Translations under genes and position numbers: made by a program
NCBI GenBank assembly: GCA_963753435.1
Contig: CAVWCF010000001.1
Location: forward strand, 480,001 to 544,000
Length of the DNA: 64,000 nucleotides
Direction: 5' to 3'
Source of the DNA: an uncultured Actinomycetota bacterium
GTDB taxonomy: Bacteria > Actinomycetota > Actinomycetes > CAVWCF01
Shown: positions 10,294-21,859 of the stretch, one piece after another
Layout of the letters: the number at the start of each line of letters is the position of its first letter
How positions within the stretch are numbered: position 1 is the stretch's first letter
The notes under the pieces: generated by a model
The model's database searches: none
What the model was told of the DNA's origin: nothing
The model's input: the letters and a program-made list of their open reading frames with translations, nothing else

Positions 10294-12729
10294 ATGGCCC
10301 GCCGAACCGCCACGCCGCCGCCACCAGCCACCGAACGCATCATCGATGTCGACGTCTCCGCCGAGATGGAGACGTCCTTCCTGGAGTACGCCTACTCCGT
10401 CATCTACGCACGTGCGCTGCCCGATGCCAGGGACGGGCTGAAGCCGGTACAGCGCCGAATCCTCTTCCAAATGGCCGAGATGGGGCTCCGTCCGGATCGC
10501 GGCCATGTCAAGAGCGCTCGCGTCGTCGGCGAGGTGATGGGACGCCTGCACCCGCACGGGGACTCCGCGATCTACGACGCCCTGGTGCGGATGGCCCAGC
10601 CGTTCAGCATGCGCGTGCCCATGGTCGACGGGCACGGGAACTTCGGGTCGCTGGGCAACGACGATCCGCCGGCGGCAATGCGCTACACGGAGTGTCGGCT
10701 GACGTCGGCCGCGCTGGCCATGACCGAGTCGCTGGACGAGGACGTGGTGGCCTTCGTCCCCAACTACGACGGCCAGGAGATGCAGCCGGAGGTCCTGCCC
10801 GCAGCGGTGCCCGGCCTCCTCGTCAACGGTGCCAGTGGGATCGCGGTCGGCATGTCCACCAGCCTCCCGCCGCACAATCTGGTTGAGGTCGTGGCCGCGG
10901 CCAAGCACCTGCTCGCCACGCCGAACGCGACCACCGCAGACCTAATGCGCTTCGTGCCCGGGCCGGACCTGCCGACGGGCGGGACCATCGCCGGGCTGGA
11001 CGGTATCCGCGAGGCCTACGAGACAGGCAAGGGCTCGTTCCGCATCCGGGCCCGAACCCGGGTTGAGAACGTGACCCCGCGGCGTCGCGGCATCGTGGTG
11101 ACCGAACTGCCCTATGGAGTCGGCCCGGAACGAGTGATCGCCCGCATCTCCGAGTTGGTGCGTGCCAAGAAGTTGGTTGGCATCTCCGACATCACCGATC
11201 TGACTGACGGAGAGCGTGGCCTAAGGCTGGTCATCGAGCTCAAGAGCGGGATCAACCCCGAGCCGCTGCTGGAGCAATTGTTCCGGATGACCCCGCTGGA
11301 GGAGACGTTCTCCGTGAACGCCGTCGCGCTAGTGGACGGGCAACCCCGCACCTTGGGGCTGAAGGAACTGCTCCGCGTTTACCTGGACCACCGGATCGAG
11401 GTCGTCCGGCGGCGCAGCGAGTTCCGCCGCCGCCGGGCCCAGGATCGCCTGCACCTGGTCGAAGGCTTGTTGACGGCCATCCTGGACATCGACGAGGTCA
11501 TCCAGGTGATCCGTACCAGCGACGATGCTGGGGCTGCCAGGCAGCGTCTGATCGAGATCTTCGAGCTCTCCGAAATTCAGGCGTCCCACATCTTGGAGAT
11601 GCCGCTGCGCCGACTCACCAAGTTCTCCCGGCTCGAGCTCGATAAGGAGTCCGAGGATCTGCAGCGAACCATCGCCGAATTGACTGAACTCCTCGACGAC
11701 GAAGCACGGCTGCGGGACGCCGTGGCCGCGGAGTTGTCCGCGGTCGCTGAGAGCCACGGCACCCCGCGGCGGACGGTGTTGTTGGAGGCGGCCGCAGTTC
11801 CTTCGGGCGCGGTCACGCCACTTGAGGTCACCGACGACCCGTGCTGGGTCCTGCTGGGTTCAACGGGCCTGCTGGCCCGGACCGCCGACGATTCACCGCT
11901 GGGTAGCGGTGGGGCGCGCGCCAAGCACGACGTCATCCTTTCCGTGGTCGCGACGACCGCGCGCGGCGACGTTGGGCTGCTCACGTCCAAGGGCCGGGTG
12001 CTGCGGCTGCACGCAGTCGACCTACCCGCGTTGCCGCCGACGGCAGATGCGCCCTCCCTTGCCGGTGGTGCCCCGATCGGGGAGTTCGTGGACCTGCAGC
12101 CGGACGAACGCGTACTGGCCCTGACCTCGCTCGCCCCGGACTCCCTTGGGCTTGCGCTGGGGACGGCGAACGGAACCGTCAAGCGGGTGCAACCGGACCA
12201 TCCGAGCCGCGACTCGTGGGAAGTGATCACGCTGAAACCCGGCGACGAAGTCGTCGGCGCGCTGGAGTTGCAGGACGCGACCCAGAACCTGGTACTGATC
12301 TCCAGCGACGGGCAGTTGCTCACCTTCGGCGCCGACGCCGTGCGCCCGCAGGGCCGCGCCGCCGGCGGTGTAGCCGGCATGAGAGTTGCCGACGGTGCCC
12401 GATTGGTCTTCTTCGGCGTCGCCGGCAACGACGGCGAGGTCGTGACCATCGCCGGATCGTCGGCGGCCCTACCCGGCACCCAACCGGGCGCAGCCAAGGT
12501 GACGCCGCTGGCGGAGTACCCCGCCAAGGGCCGGGGCACCGGTGGAGTCCGTTGTCACCGGTTCCGCAAAGGCGAGGACACCCTCCTCATCGCCTGGGCC
12601 GGTAGCGGTCCGGCGCGCGCCGCGGCGGCCTCCGGTGCACCGGTTCCGCTGCCGGAGGCCGACCCTCGCCGCGACGGCGCAGGCATTGGTTTGGAGCAGC
12701 CGATCGCTGCCATCGCCGGTTCGCTGTGA
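10294..12729 (+). CDS. parC: DNA topoisomerase IV subunit A (GyrA/ParC family)
   Basis: [28 protein letters not shown] catalytic Tyr, C-terminal pinwheel repeats; convergent with the B subunit, as for actinobacterial topo IV. Confidence 0.9.
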   Translation: MARRTATPPPPATERIIDVDVSAEMETSFLEYAYSVIYARALPDARDGLKPVQRRILFQMAEMGLRPDRGHVKSARVVGEVMGRLHPHGDSAIYDALVRMAQPFSMRVPMVDGHGNFGSLGNDDPPAAMRYTECRLTSAALAMTESLDEDVVAFVPNYDGQEMQPEVLPAAVPGLLVNGASGIAVGMSTSLPPHNLVEVVAAAKHLLATPNATTADLMRFVPGPDLPTGGTIAGLDGIREAYETGKGSFRIRARTRVENVTPRRRGIVVTELPYGVGPERVIARISELVRAKKLVGISDITDLTDGERGLRLVIELKSGINPEPLLEQLFRMTPLEETFSVNAVALVDGQPRTLGLKELLRVYLDHRIEVVRRRSEFRRRRAQDRLHLVEGLLTAILDIDEVIQVIRTSDDAGAARQRLIEIFELSEIQASHILEMPLRRLTKFSRLELDKESEDLQRTIAELTELLDDEARLRDAVAAELSAVAESHGTPRRTVLLEAAAVPSGAVTPLEVTDDPCWVLLGSTGLLARTADDSPLGSGGARAKHDVILSVVATTARGDVGLLTSKGRVLRLHAVDLPALPPTADAPSLAGGAPIGEFVDLQPDERVLALTSLAPDSLGLALGTANGTVKRVQPDHPSRDSWEVITLKPGDEVVGALELQDATQNLVLISSDGQLLTFGADAVRPQGRAAGGVAGMRVADGARLVFFGVAGNDGEVVTIAGSSAALPGTQPGAAKVTPLAEYPAKGRGTGGVRCHRFRKGEDTLLIAWAGSGPARAAAASGAPVPLPEADPRRDGAGIGLEQPIAAIAGSL

Positions 12730-12754
12730 ACCACCGGTGACTACCGTGGCCGCC

Positions 12755-13249
12755 GTGACCGCTGACTTTGCCGACGTGCTGTCCGCTAACGCCGAGTACG
12801 CCGACACCTTCGAGTTGGCCGGGCTGCCCGCTCCGGCAGCCCGCGGTCTGGCGGTGGTCACGTGCATGGACTCCCGCATCGAACCGCTGCGCATGCTCGG
12901 TCTCGAGCCCGGCGACGCCAAGATCATGCGCAACGCCGGCGCCCGCGTCACCGACGACGTCCTGCGCACCCTGGTCGTGGCCACCCACTTCCTGAACGTC
13001 AGCAGGGTCATGGTCGTGCCGCACACCAACTGCAAGATGGCCCAGGTCACCGAGACCGATATCCATCGGGAGTTGGCCGGCGGCGGCATCGATACACGTT
13101 CGCTGCAGTTCGGCACGGTCGCGGACCAGGAAGCGGCGCTGCTTGCTGATGTGCAAGCCATTCGATCGTGGCCGTTCTTGCCGGACACCCTGGCCGTGGG
13201 CGGCTTCCGCTACGACGTGGACACCGGACTGCTTACCCAGGTCTGCTGA
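12755..13249 (+). CDS. Beta-class carbonic anhydrase
   Basis: CMDSR, RNAGARV, HTNC zinc ligands, YDVDTG; TACCGT -10-like hexamer 7 nt before the GTG. Confidence 0.9.
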   Translation: MTADFADVLSANAEYADTFELAGLPAPAARGLAVVTCMDSRIEPLRMLGLEPGDAKIMRNAGARVTDDVLRTLVVATHFLNVSRVMVVPHTNCKMAQVTETDIHRELAGGGIDTRSLQFGTVADQEAALLADVQAIRSWPFLPDTLAVGGFRYDVDTGLLTQVC

Positions 13250-13271
13250 TCCGACTCGCTTGCGTTCCGGC

Positions 13272-13562
13272 CTAGCGGTAGTCGGCCGAGCGCAGGCCGC
13301 CGGCGTAGGAGGCCACGTCCGCGAGGATCCCCAGGCCGACCATGAAGACGCCGAACCCGCTGACCCCGCCGATCGGCGCATAGACCAGCACGTACATGAG
13401 GGAGGTCCAGGGGGCGAACAGCAGTCCGAGCAGCGGCCACCAGAACAGGCCGTCGAATGGGTCGGCGGCAAACGCCACCGTGACTCGATCTCCGAAGATC
13501 CAGACGAGCAGGAAGACCAAACGGGGTCCAACGACTGCCGAACACGCCAGCAAGCAACACAT
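13272..13562 (-). CDS. Small membrane protein (3 TM)
   Basis: MCC..GPRL, PLLGLLFAPWTSLMY pattern typical of a conserved small membrane family. Confidence 0.75.
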   Translation of the reverse strand: MCCLLACSAVVGPRLVFLLVWIFGDRVTVAFAADPFDGLFWWPLLGLLFAPWTSLMYVLVYAPIGGVSGFGVFMVGLGILADVASYAGGLRSADYR

Positions 13563-13583
13563 GGCCGCAGGCTAGGGCAGAGG

Positions 13584-15672
13584 TCAGGCGTCGATCCGGC
13601 TTCGATCCAAATCGCCGGCCCCGGCCACGATGAAATCGCGACGAGGCGCAACGTCGGAGCCCATCAGCAGGTCGAACGAGGCCGCGGCCGCCTCCGCGTC
13701 GGCCGCGGTGATGCGACGCAGCGTCCGCCCGGGCCCCATCGTCGTCTCCCGAAGTTGGGCCGCGTCCATCTCACCAAGACCCTTGTAGCGCTGTACCGGT
13801 TGCCGCACCCGGACGTTTCGCTTGTCCAGGTCCTTCAGCGTGCGCGTCAGCTCGGCGTCGGAGTAGGTGTAGCGGACCTCGGTCTTGCGGCCGCTGACCA
13901 CCTCCAGTCGATGCAGCGGCGGGACCGCCGCGTACACGCGGCCATCGGCCAGCAGCGGCTGCATCGTCCGGTGGATGAGCGTCAGCAGCAGGCAGCGGAT
14001 GTGTGCGCCGTCAACATCGGCGTCGGTCATGATGATGATGCGGCCGTACCGGACCGAGTCCAGGTCGAAAGTGCGCCCGGAACCGCCCCCGATGACCTGG
14101 ATGATGGACGCGCACTCGGCGTTCTTGAGCATGTCCGCTGCTGAGGACTTCTGGACGTTCAGAATCTTGCCGCGGATGGGCAGCAACGCCTGGAACTCGC
14201 TGTTTCGAGCGAGTTTGGCCGTGCCCAGCGCCGAATCCCCCTCGACGATGAACAGTTCGCTCCGCTCCACATCGTCCGAACGGCAGTCCGCCAACTTGGC
14301 CGGCAGGGCCGAAGTCTCCAGGGCGTTCTTGCGTCGCTGCAGTTCGCGGTGCTGCCGCGCCGCCAACCTCGTGCGGGCGGCGGTCACAACCTTCTCCAGA
14401 ACCGCACGCGCTGCCGCCTTGTCCGCGCGTTTGGTGCTGCATCAGGAAGGCGTCCAGCTCCTTGCCCACAACCCTGGCGACGATTCGCGAGACGGCTGCT
14501 GTCCCAAGCACCTCTTTGGTCTGACCCTCGAACTGCGGTTCGGGGAATCGGACGGTGACGACTGCGGTCAATCCCTCCAGAACGTCGTCCTTGATGACGG
14601 CGGCATCCCCGCTCTTGAGCAGTCGGACCGCGCGCAGCCCGTCGTTGAGGCTCTTGACCAGGGCCCGCTCGAACCCAGCCAGGTGGGTGCCGCCCTTAGG
14701 CGTAGCGATGATGTTGACGAACGAACGGACCGTGCTGTCATAGCCCACTCCCCAGCGCAGGGCGACATCCACGTTCACCTCGCGTTCGACTTCTGTGGGC
14801 ACCATGTGCCCCTTGCCGTCGAGGACCGGAACGGTTTCGTGGAAGTGACCCAAGCCGGACAGACGGATCACGCGACTGACGGGTTCGTCTGGGCTGAGCA
14901 CCTCGCAGAACTCCTCGATGCCCCCGGAGTGATGGAAGGACTCCGCCACGACGTCCGTGCCCCGCTCGTCCCGGACGTGGATCGTGAGGTCAGGTACCAG
15001 GTACGACGTCTGCTGGGCCCGGCGCAGAATCTCGGCCAGGTCGACTTCCGCGTCCGGCAGGAACACCTGCCGGTCGGGCCACCAACGGATTCGGGTCCCG
15101 GTGCGCGACCGCGGGGCTTTGCCGGCTTCGCGCAGCCCCGGCCGCTCGACGAAGAGGTCATCCGGTCCGTCCCCGGCGTACTCCCCCGGCAACCCGCGGT
15201 GGAAACTCATCGTGTACGTCTTGGAGTTGCGCTGCACCCAAACGTCCAGTCGCTCCGACAGCGCGTTCACCACCGACGCGCCGACGCCGTGCAGTCCGCC
15301 GGAGGCGGCATACGACCCGTTACCGAATTTCCCGCCCGCGTGCAGACGGGTCATCACGAGCTCAACACCGGTCAGCCCGCTTCGGGACTCCACGTCGACC
15401 GGGATACCCCGGCCGTCGTCGGCGACCTCGATCGAGCCGTTGGGGTGCAGGGTGATGTCGATACGCGAGCAGTGGCCGTCGAGCGCCTCGTCGACGGAGT
15501 TGTCGATGATCTCCCACAGGCAGTGGGCCAGCCCCCGGGCGTCGGTGGAACCGATGTACATGCCCGGTCGCTTGCGGACCGCTTCCAGGCCCTCCAGCAC
15601 CGTCAGGTGTTCGGCCGTGTAGTCACCCTTGGCCGACTTGCTACGCCGCTTCTGAGCGGGCTGGGCAGTCAC
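13584..15672 (-). CDS. parE: DNA topoisomerase IV subunit B (GyrB/ParE family), split by one frameshift near 14440
   Basis: LEGLEAVRKRPGMYIG, EIIDNSVDE, GGLHGVG, FEGQTK in ORF 14011-15774; VEGDSA, PIRGKILN, DADVDG, RYKGLGEM in ORF 13584-14387; removing one base after ...GCC TTC CTG ATG joins the two. Confidence 0.88.
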
Positions 15673-15877
15673 GGCGGCTCCGACACGATGGCGTTGCGGG
15701 CGGCTTTCTGGGCGGTGGCCCCCTGCGTGGGGCCTTCGCGAGGGTACCCGCGGCTGCGGTAACGATCTCGTCACGGCGCGCGGTGCGCGTCAGCCCAGGG
15801 CGAACCGGCGCGTCCATTCGGCATACCAGGAGCGAACTGCTGGTTGACTATGCCAACTGGCCCTAAGGAGAGCGCCC

Positions 15878-16102
15878 GTGAACACCGTGCTGGCACAGAC
15901 GCCGCTCACCAACGCTGACCGCTGCGACCGTTGTGGTGCGCAGGCGTACGCGCGGGTGGTCCTCGCTGACGGCGAGTTGCTGTTCTGCGCCCACCACATG
16001 CGCAAGCACCGCAATCAACTTGAGGCCCTCGCCGTGCGGATCGATGACCAGTCCGAGCGGTTGAGCCAGACACCTGGTGTCGCTGCGCCCGACGAGCGCT
16101 GA
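15878..16102 (+). CDS. Small Zn-ribbon protein (DUF7455-like)
   Basis: DRCDRCGAQAY..LLFCAHH; AAGGAG RBS; conserved neighbour of parE. Confidence 0.85.
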   Translation: MNTVLAQTPLTNADRCDRCGAQAYARVVLADGELLFCAHHMRKHRNQLEALAVRIDDQSERLSQTPGVAAPDER

Positions 16103-16119
16103 GCAGTCTCCCCGTTTCG

Positions 16120-16920
16120 ATGAGCACGCCGCAGGTGCCGCCCGGCTGGTACCCGGATCCGGGCGACCCGGCTCGAACCCGGTGGTGGGACGGCTACGGC
16201 TGGACCGATCGAACGCAACCGCCGCCGTATGCCGGTACCTACGCCGCTCCCGGTGGTCCGGCAATGCCAGCCCAACCCAATCCGGCCGCGGCCGGGTACC
16301 CACCAGCTGCGGGCTACCCGCCGGCGCCCGGCTACGGGGGCGCTGCTCAGTGGCAGCAGCCCGGGCCGCTGGGCCCGACCGGCGTCCCGCTCGCCTCGTT
16401 CTGGCGCCGTCTCGGCGGCTACCTGATCGACCAGTTGATCCTGGCGGTGCCGACAACCCTGATCGCCATCCCAATCGTCCTTCCGACCATCGGCGACCTG
16501 GTCCGTGAGATCGACGCCAACTCAGATCGCCTGGACCCCAACAGCCCTGCCTACGACCCGGACTACCTGACCACGCTGTTCGACGGGCAGTTCTTCGCCA
16601 GCCTGGCGCTGATCGCTGTTGTGTCTTTGGCCATCAGCGCCGCCTACTGGATCATCGCCATCGGCCGATTCGGCCGCACCGTCGGCGGTCTGGCTGTCGG
16701 TGTGCGCGCCATCGACGTGAACGGAGCCCTACCCGGGTACGGCCGAGCAACGGTTCGCTGGGCGGTCCCGGCCAGCACCAACCTGCTGGGATTCATCCCG
16801 TTCGTCGGCTTCGTGGGCGCCCTGCTGCAACTGCTGATCTACCTGTGGATGCTGTGGGATCCGCAGCGGCAGGGACTGCATGACAAGGCGGCTGGGACCT
16901 ACGTAATCCTCGACCGCTAG
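16120..16920 (+). CDS. RDD family membrane protein with N-terminal DUF2510
   Basis: [17 protein letters not shown], Pro-rich linker, [26 protein letters not shown]. Confidence 0.9.
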   Translation: MSTPQVPPGWYPDPGDPARTRWWDGYGWTDRTQPPPYAGTYAAPGGPAMPAQPNPAAAGYPPAAGYPPAPGYGGAAQWQQPGPLGPTGVPLASFWRRLGGYLIDQLILAVPTTLIAIPIVLPTIGDLVREIDANSDRLDPNSPAYDPDYLTTLFDGQFFASLALIAVVSLAISAAYWIIAIGRFGRTVGGLAVGVRAIDVNGALPGYGRATVRWAVPASTNLLGFIPFVGFVGALLQLLIYLWMLWDPQRQGLHDKAAGTYVILDR

Positions 16921-17636
16921 GCACTCAGGCGATCGCGGTAGTCCAGCGCCAGTTCGATCATCTCGCTGAACGTCTCCTGACGTTCCGTGGCGGAGGTCTC
17001 TCCTCTGGTCAGCAGGTTGTCCGAGATGGTGCAGATGGACAGGGCCCGGACGCCGAACTGCGCCGCCAGCGTGAACAGCGCCGAGGCTCTCCATCTCCAC
17101 GGCCATGACGCCCCACTTGCCCAGGTACACGGTGGCATCGAAGTCACCGTAGAAGAGGTCGGTGCTGTAAACGCCCCCGACCTTGACGTCGATGTTCGCG
17201 CTCCTGGGCACTCCGGTAGGCAGCTCCAGGAGGCCGAAGTCGGACAGAGGCGGCATAGTCGATCAGGCCCAAATCGACGCCGGTTCGTACTGGAGTCGCT
17301 GCTGGCACCTTGCGCGATGACGACGTCGCGGACGTGGACGTCCGCAGCGGAACCCGCCGGCGGTCCCGACCCGGATCGCCGTCCGAACGCCGTACTCGGC
17401 GATCAGTTCCTGGACGTAGATCGAGATCGAGGGGATGCCCATGCCCGGTGCCCATGACGGACACCGGCACGCCTTCGTAGGTGCCGGTGAAGCCAAGCAT
17501 GTTGCGAACGTCGAGTTGAACTGAACGGGATCGGTGCAGGAAGTTGTCGGCGATCCATTGCGCACGCAGCGGATCACCGGCAAGGAGGATTCGCTCGGCG
17601 ATTTCTCCGTACTTCGCGCGCGATGTGAGTGCTCAT
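16917..17636 (-). pseudogene. deoD: Purine-nucleoside phosphorylase DeoD, multiply frameshifted (pseudogene or sequencing error)
   Basis: Fragments in different frames: [85 protein letters not shown]. Confidence 0.85.
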
Positions 17637-17650
17637 CTGCGGAGCCTACG

Positions 17651-18307
17651 TCAAGCGGTCTCGATCGGCGTCGAGGAAGCCGCGAACGCAGGATGCGTGA
17701 CGACCTCTTCGTCGGAAACCTGGGTGAAGTCCACGTAGAACCGCCCGATCGCGTCAAACGGCTGTGGCGTGTAGGCCGCCACCACCTCGTCCGCTTCTGC
17801 GCGCAGTTCCTCAAGCCCGTCACTTGGCGCCACCGGCACTGCCACGATCACCCTCGCCGCACCGTGCGCGCGGGCCACCCGAACCGCGGCCAGTGCAGTG
17901 GACCCCGTCGCCAGACCGTCGTCGACGATCAGCGCGACGCGGCCCGCGAGAGGTTCAACCGGCCGGACCGCCCGCAACAGGTCGGCCCGCAGGCTGATCA
18001 CCTCCTGCTGTTGGGCCGCTGCCGCAGCCACAACGGAATCGTCAAGACCCAATGACTGCAGGACGTAGCGGTTGGGCACGAAGACCCCGCCCTCACCGAC
18101 GGCGGCCATTGCCAACTCCGGCTGGGTGGGCACGCCTACTTTTCGCACGAGGATTACGTCCAGAGGGGCACCCAGGGCCTGCGCCACCGGCGCAGCCACC
18201 GGCACACCGCCCCGCGGCAGCGCCAGCACCACGACGTCCTCGCTGCGCAGCCCGCCCAGCAATTCCGCCAGCACTTGGCCGGCTTCGGTGCGATTGGCGA
18301 ACTGCAT
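17651..18307 (-). CDS. Phosphoribosyltransferase family protein
   Basis: [23 protein letters not shown] loop [12 protein letters not shown]. Confidence 0.9.
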   Translation of the reverse strand: MQFANRTEAGQVLAELLGGLRSEDVVVLALPRGGVPVAAPVAQALGAPLDVILVRKVGVPTQPELAMAAVGEGGVFVPNRYVLQSLGLDDSVVAAAAAQQQEVISLRADLLRAVRPVEPLAGRVALIVDDGLATGSTALAAVRVARAHGAARVIVAVPVAPSDGLEELRAEADEVVAAYTPQPFDAIGRFYVDFTQVSDEEVVTHPAFAASSTPIETA

Positions 18308-18314
18308 GTTCGGC

Positions 18315-19178
18315 CTAGAAGACCCGGGTCAACGCGACCCGCGAAAAGGCGACGGCGCGACCGCCGCCGTCCACCACGCCACGGACCGGCGCCACATCGA
18401 AGTAGTCCCGACCGGTCCCGACGCGGACGTGCTGGGCCCCGACCGGACGACCGTTCGTCGGGTCCAGGTCAACCCAGTCGCCAAGCCAGGCCTGCACCCA
18501 GGCGTGGCTCTCCCCGATCACCGCCTCGCCGATCGCGGGTTCAGCCTGCGGGTGCAGGTAGCCGGACACGTAGCGGGCCGGGATGCCCAACTCCCGCAGC
18601 AGGGCCAGGCCCACGTGCGCGAAGTCCTGGCACACCCCCATCCCCGCCTTCAGCGCCTCCAGGCCCGTCGTGTGCACCTCGGTGACACCCGGTTCGTAGG
18701 CCAGTTCCTCGCGAATCCAGTCCGACGCCGCCTGCACTGCTTCCGCGGGCGCCAGTTCCCTCCGGAAACCTTCGGCAACTCCGGAAAGGCGGCCGTCCAC
18801 GGACGTGTACTTCGTCAGCGTCAGGTACTCCAGGAAGTTGCGACGCAGGTCTGGCTCGCTCAGGTCGGCCCAGTCGATCACCGCGCTCGGTCCGGGCCGA
18901 TCCGGGCTGGCCTCGACCAGCGCGGAGTTCGTGATCGTGAGCACCGTGTGCGGTGCGGTGATCTCGACCACGTGGACGGTAGAGCCGAAATAGTCGGTGT
19001 ACTCGCGGACCCATGCGACCGGATCGACGGTGAGCCGCGAATCCAGGACCGTCTGCCCGACACCGGCCTTGGGCGTCATCCGCAACTCGTTGTAGGAGGA
19101 GGAGACCTGCGACTCGTACTGGAACACCGTCTCGTGACGGATCGACAAACGACTGATGCCCGAGCCCACGTTGCTCAT
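18315..19178 (-). CDS. Transglutaminase-like protein
   Basis: SSYNELRMTP N-domain, GVCQDFAH, ARYVSGY, SHAW, DPTN, GRDYFDV. Confidence 0.92.
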   Translation of the reverse strand: MSNVGSGISRLSIRHETVFQYESQVSSSYNELRMTPKAGVGQTVLDSRLTVDPVAWVREYTDYFGSTVHVVEITAPHTVLTITNSALVEASPDRPGPSAVIDWADLSEPDLRRNFLEYLTLTKYTSVDGRLSGVAEGFRRELAPAEAVQAASDWIREELAYEPGVTEVHTTGLEALKAGMGVCQDFAHVGLALLRELGIPARYVSGYLHPQAEPAIGEAVIGESHAWVQAWLGDWVDLDPTNGRPVGAQHVRVGTGRDYFDVAPVRGVVDGGGRAVAFSRVALTRVF

Positions 19179-20107
19179 GCCTGTGCCTCCGCGGACCATC
19201 GCACCGGGGCGATCTGCCGGAAGAACCGGTTGGCGATTGCCTCGTGGGTGTCCCCCAGGGACTGCTGCAGTTCCTCAAGCACTTTCAGCACCGAACCGGC
19301 ACCCGGGGACAGCACCGAGTAGGCGATCCGCGCCCGGGCCGCACCCAGAACACGGCTCGCCTCGCCGCCCATGCCGATGCGGCTTTCGGCCGGCTCCAAC
19401 TCACTCAGCACCTCGCCGGCCCTGTCGACGGTGTGCAGTAGCGACCGCGGGAACAGGCGATCGGACATCAGGAACTCCGCCACCTCAGCGCTGTCCAGGT
19501 GCCCGCGGTAGGCACGCAAGTAGGCCTCGTGCCCGCCGCAGGAGCGCAGCAACAGCGCCAGATCGGTTCGCTGGCTCTGTTGGGCGGCGAGCAGCCTGGC
19601 GGTCATGTCCGCGCGTTCCAGGCTGCGGCCCAGTACCAGGAACCGCCAACCGTCGTCGCGGCTCATGGTCGCCTCGATGTGGCCGCCGACAAGTGCGCTG
19701 CGCGTACGGATGAAGGCGAGGAACGAGTCCGGGCCGCTCACTCGGGCCTGGGCGCGTTGGGAGGGCAGCCGCAGATGGGTCGCGTTGATGACCTCCCACA
19801 CTTCACCGGAGATCGCCTCGCGCACACCGCGGGCGTTGTCGCGCGCGTTCCTGGCACTGGCCATGATGGAACTCGGTTGAGTCTCGTCATATGCGAGCAG
19901 TTCGAGTACGTCAGCTGCCTGCAACTGCCGGGCGGGCACGTCCACGCCCATCACCTTGAGCAATCGACGGCTCGCGCGGTCCACGCCGCGCTGCCCGAGG
20001 CCGTAGAAGGACCCGTGCACGTGCGCGTCGAGGATCCGGGCGGTGCCATCAGCCCGCTCGACGTGGCGGCCGATCCAGTAGAGGGACTCCGCCATTCGGC
20101 TCAGCAT
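19175..20107 (-). CDS. Alpha-E domain protein (DUF403)
   Basis: MLSRMAESLYWIGRHVERA, GRSLERADMTARL, FPRS; two ER motifs. Confidence 0.92.
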   Translation of the reverse strand: MLSRMAESLYWIGRHVERADGTARILDAHVHGSFYGLGQRGVDRASRRLLKVMGVDVPARQLQAADVLELLAYDETQPSSIMASARNARDNARGVREAISGEVWEVINATHLRLPSQRAQARVSGPDSFLAFIRTRSALVGGHIEATMSRDDGWRFLVLGRSLERADMTARLLAAQQSQRTDLALLLRSCGGHEAYLRAYRGHLDSAEVAEFLMSDRLFPRSLLHTVDRAGEVLSELEPAESRIGMGGEASRVLGAARARIAYSVLSPGAGSVLKVLEELQQSLGDTHEAIANRFFRQIAPVRWSAEAQA

Positions 20108-21756
20108 GGGGACCACCCTGCTGGCCGGCCCTGCTGTTGCTGCATCTGCTGCTGCTGGGAGTCGGTGTTGTCGCTCGGTCCGGTGACCGGCGCCGGCCGG
20201 TAGTCGATGTCGTCCGCTGCCAGGAGCGCCGCATCGGCCGCTTCATCATCGACGTGACCTTCGGCGGCCGGCTCGACCGCCAGCGTCCAGGTGTCCTTGC
20301 TGCCGCCGCCTTGGCTGGAGTTGACGACCAGGGACCCCTCCCGCATGGCCACCCGGGTCAGCCCGCCGGGCAGCACCCAGATCTCGTGACCGTCGTTGAT
20401 CGCGAACGGGCGCAGATCGATGTGGCGAGGCGCCAGGTTGCCGTCGATGAGTGTCGGCGCCGTGGACAGCATGACGACCGGCTGCGCAATCCAGTCCCGT
20501 GGCGATTCGAGGATCTGCAGGCGCAGCCGGTCAAGTTCCTCCTTGGTCGCCGTCGTTCCGATGACCAACCCGTGACCACCGGAAGCACCGGTCGGCTTGA
20601 TGACAAGTTCATCCAGCCGGGACAGGGCCTCGGCCCGCTGGTCGGCCTCGGCCAACCGGTACGTCTGCACGTTGTCGAGGATCGGCTTCTCGCCGAGGTA
20701 GTACTCGATCAAGTCCGGGACGTAGGTGTAGATGAGCTTGTCGTCTGCCACGCCGTTGCCGACGGCATTGGCCAAGGTGACGCTGCCGAAACGCGCTGCA
20801 TTGAGCAGGCCCGGGACGCCGAGCATGGAGTCGGCATGAAACTGCATCGGGTCCAGGTAGGCGTCATCGACACGGCGGTAGATGGTGTCGACTCGCCGCT
20901 CCCCCTCGGTCGTGCGCATGTACACGTAGCCGCCGCGAACTCGCAGATCCCGCCCTTCGACCAGTTCCACGCCCATCGCCCGAGCCAACAGGGTGTGCTC
21001 GACGTAAGCGGAGTTGTGCACGCCCGGGGTCAGCACGACCACGTTCGGCTCGTCGACTGCCGGTGCAGTCGAACGCAGTGCCGCGAGCAGGCGGGCCGGG
21101 TACTCATCGACGGGCTGGAGGGGTAGATGGCCGACCAGTTCGGGGAAGGCACGCGCCATCGCTTGCCGGTTCTCGATGACGTAGGACACCCCCGAGGGCA
21201 CGCGCACGTTGTCCTCAAGGACCCGGAACCGTCCTTCCGCATCGCGGATCAGGTCCGGTCCGGCTACGTGGATGCGTGCACCCCGCACCGGCGCGATGCC
21301 GTGGGCGGCCCGGTGGAAGTGCGGACAACTGAGCACGGCGGACCGGGGAACGATCCCCTCCTTGAGGACCTCCCCCTCCCCGTAGACGTCCGATAGGAAC
21401 ATCTCCAAGGCCCGCACCCGTTGGGCCACGCCGGCTTCTACCTCTAGCCACTCCGCGGTGGACAGCACCCGCGGGACCGGATCCAGCGGGAACGGCCGCT
21501 CCTCACCGGACAGGGAGAAGGTCACCCCTCGGTCGTGATAGGCGCTGGCCAGTGACCGCGCGCGCCGGCGCACCTCCTCTTCGCTGAGGCTGGCCAAGGC
21601 CGCAAGGACACCCTCCACCGTGGGCCGCGCGGAGCCTTCGGCGTTGATCGCCTCATCCCACGGTCGGGTCGCCGCAGGCGCGCCCGGCACGGAGTAGGCC
21701 AGGGCGGCGCTGCGGTAGGCGTCGACGAGACCGAGGTCGGGACCGGATTCGGTCAC
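20101..21756 (-). CDS. Circularly permuted type 2 ATP-grasp protein
   Basis: VLEDNVRVPSGVSY, TPGVHNSAY.EH, GNGVADDK, PGGLTRVA..VVNSSQGGGSKDTW; GGGGAGG before GTG 21756. Confidence 0.92.
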   Translation of the reverse strand: MTESGPDLGLVDAYRSAALAYSVPGAPAATRPWDEAINAEGSARPTVEGVLAALASLSEEEVRRRARSLASAYHDRGVTFSLSGEERPFPLDPVPRVLSTAEWLEVEAGVAQRVRALEMFLSDVYGEGEVLKEGIVPRSAVLSCPHFHRAAHGIAPVRGARIHVAGPDLIRDAEGRFRVLEDNVRVPSGVSYVIENRQAMARAFPELVGHLPLQPVDEYPARLLAALRSTAPAVDEPNVVVLTPGVHNSAYVEHTLLARAMGVELVEGRDLRVRGGYVYMRTTEGERRVDTIYRRVDDAYLDPMQFHADSMLGVPGLLNAARFGSVTLANAVGNGVADDKLIYTYVPDLIEYYLGEKPILDNVQTYRLAEADQRAEALSRLDELVIKPTGASGGHGLVIGTTATKEELDRLRLQILESPRDWIAQPVVMLSTAPTLIDGNLAPRHIDLRPFAINDGHEIWVLPGGLTRVAMREGSLVVNSSQGGGSKDTWTLAVEPAAEGHVDDEAADAALLAADDIDYRPAPVTGPSDNTDSQQQQMQQQQGRPAGWSPC

Positions 21757-21859
21757 TCGCTGCCTCCCCGGCTGTCGGCTGATCAAGACGCTGAGCAGAT
21801 TAGCGGGGCAGAGGGGACGAAGGACTCCCGCGCGGGGCCGGGTCCGACGCAACGATGAG

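Noticed and set aside
10294-15672. Calling the topoisomerase genes gyrA/gyrB
   Set aside because: The convergent, separated layout near sigA, away from dnaA, matches actinobacterial topo IV
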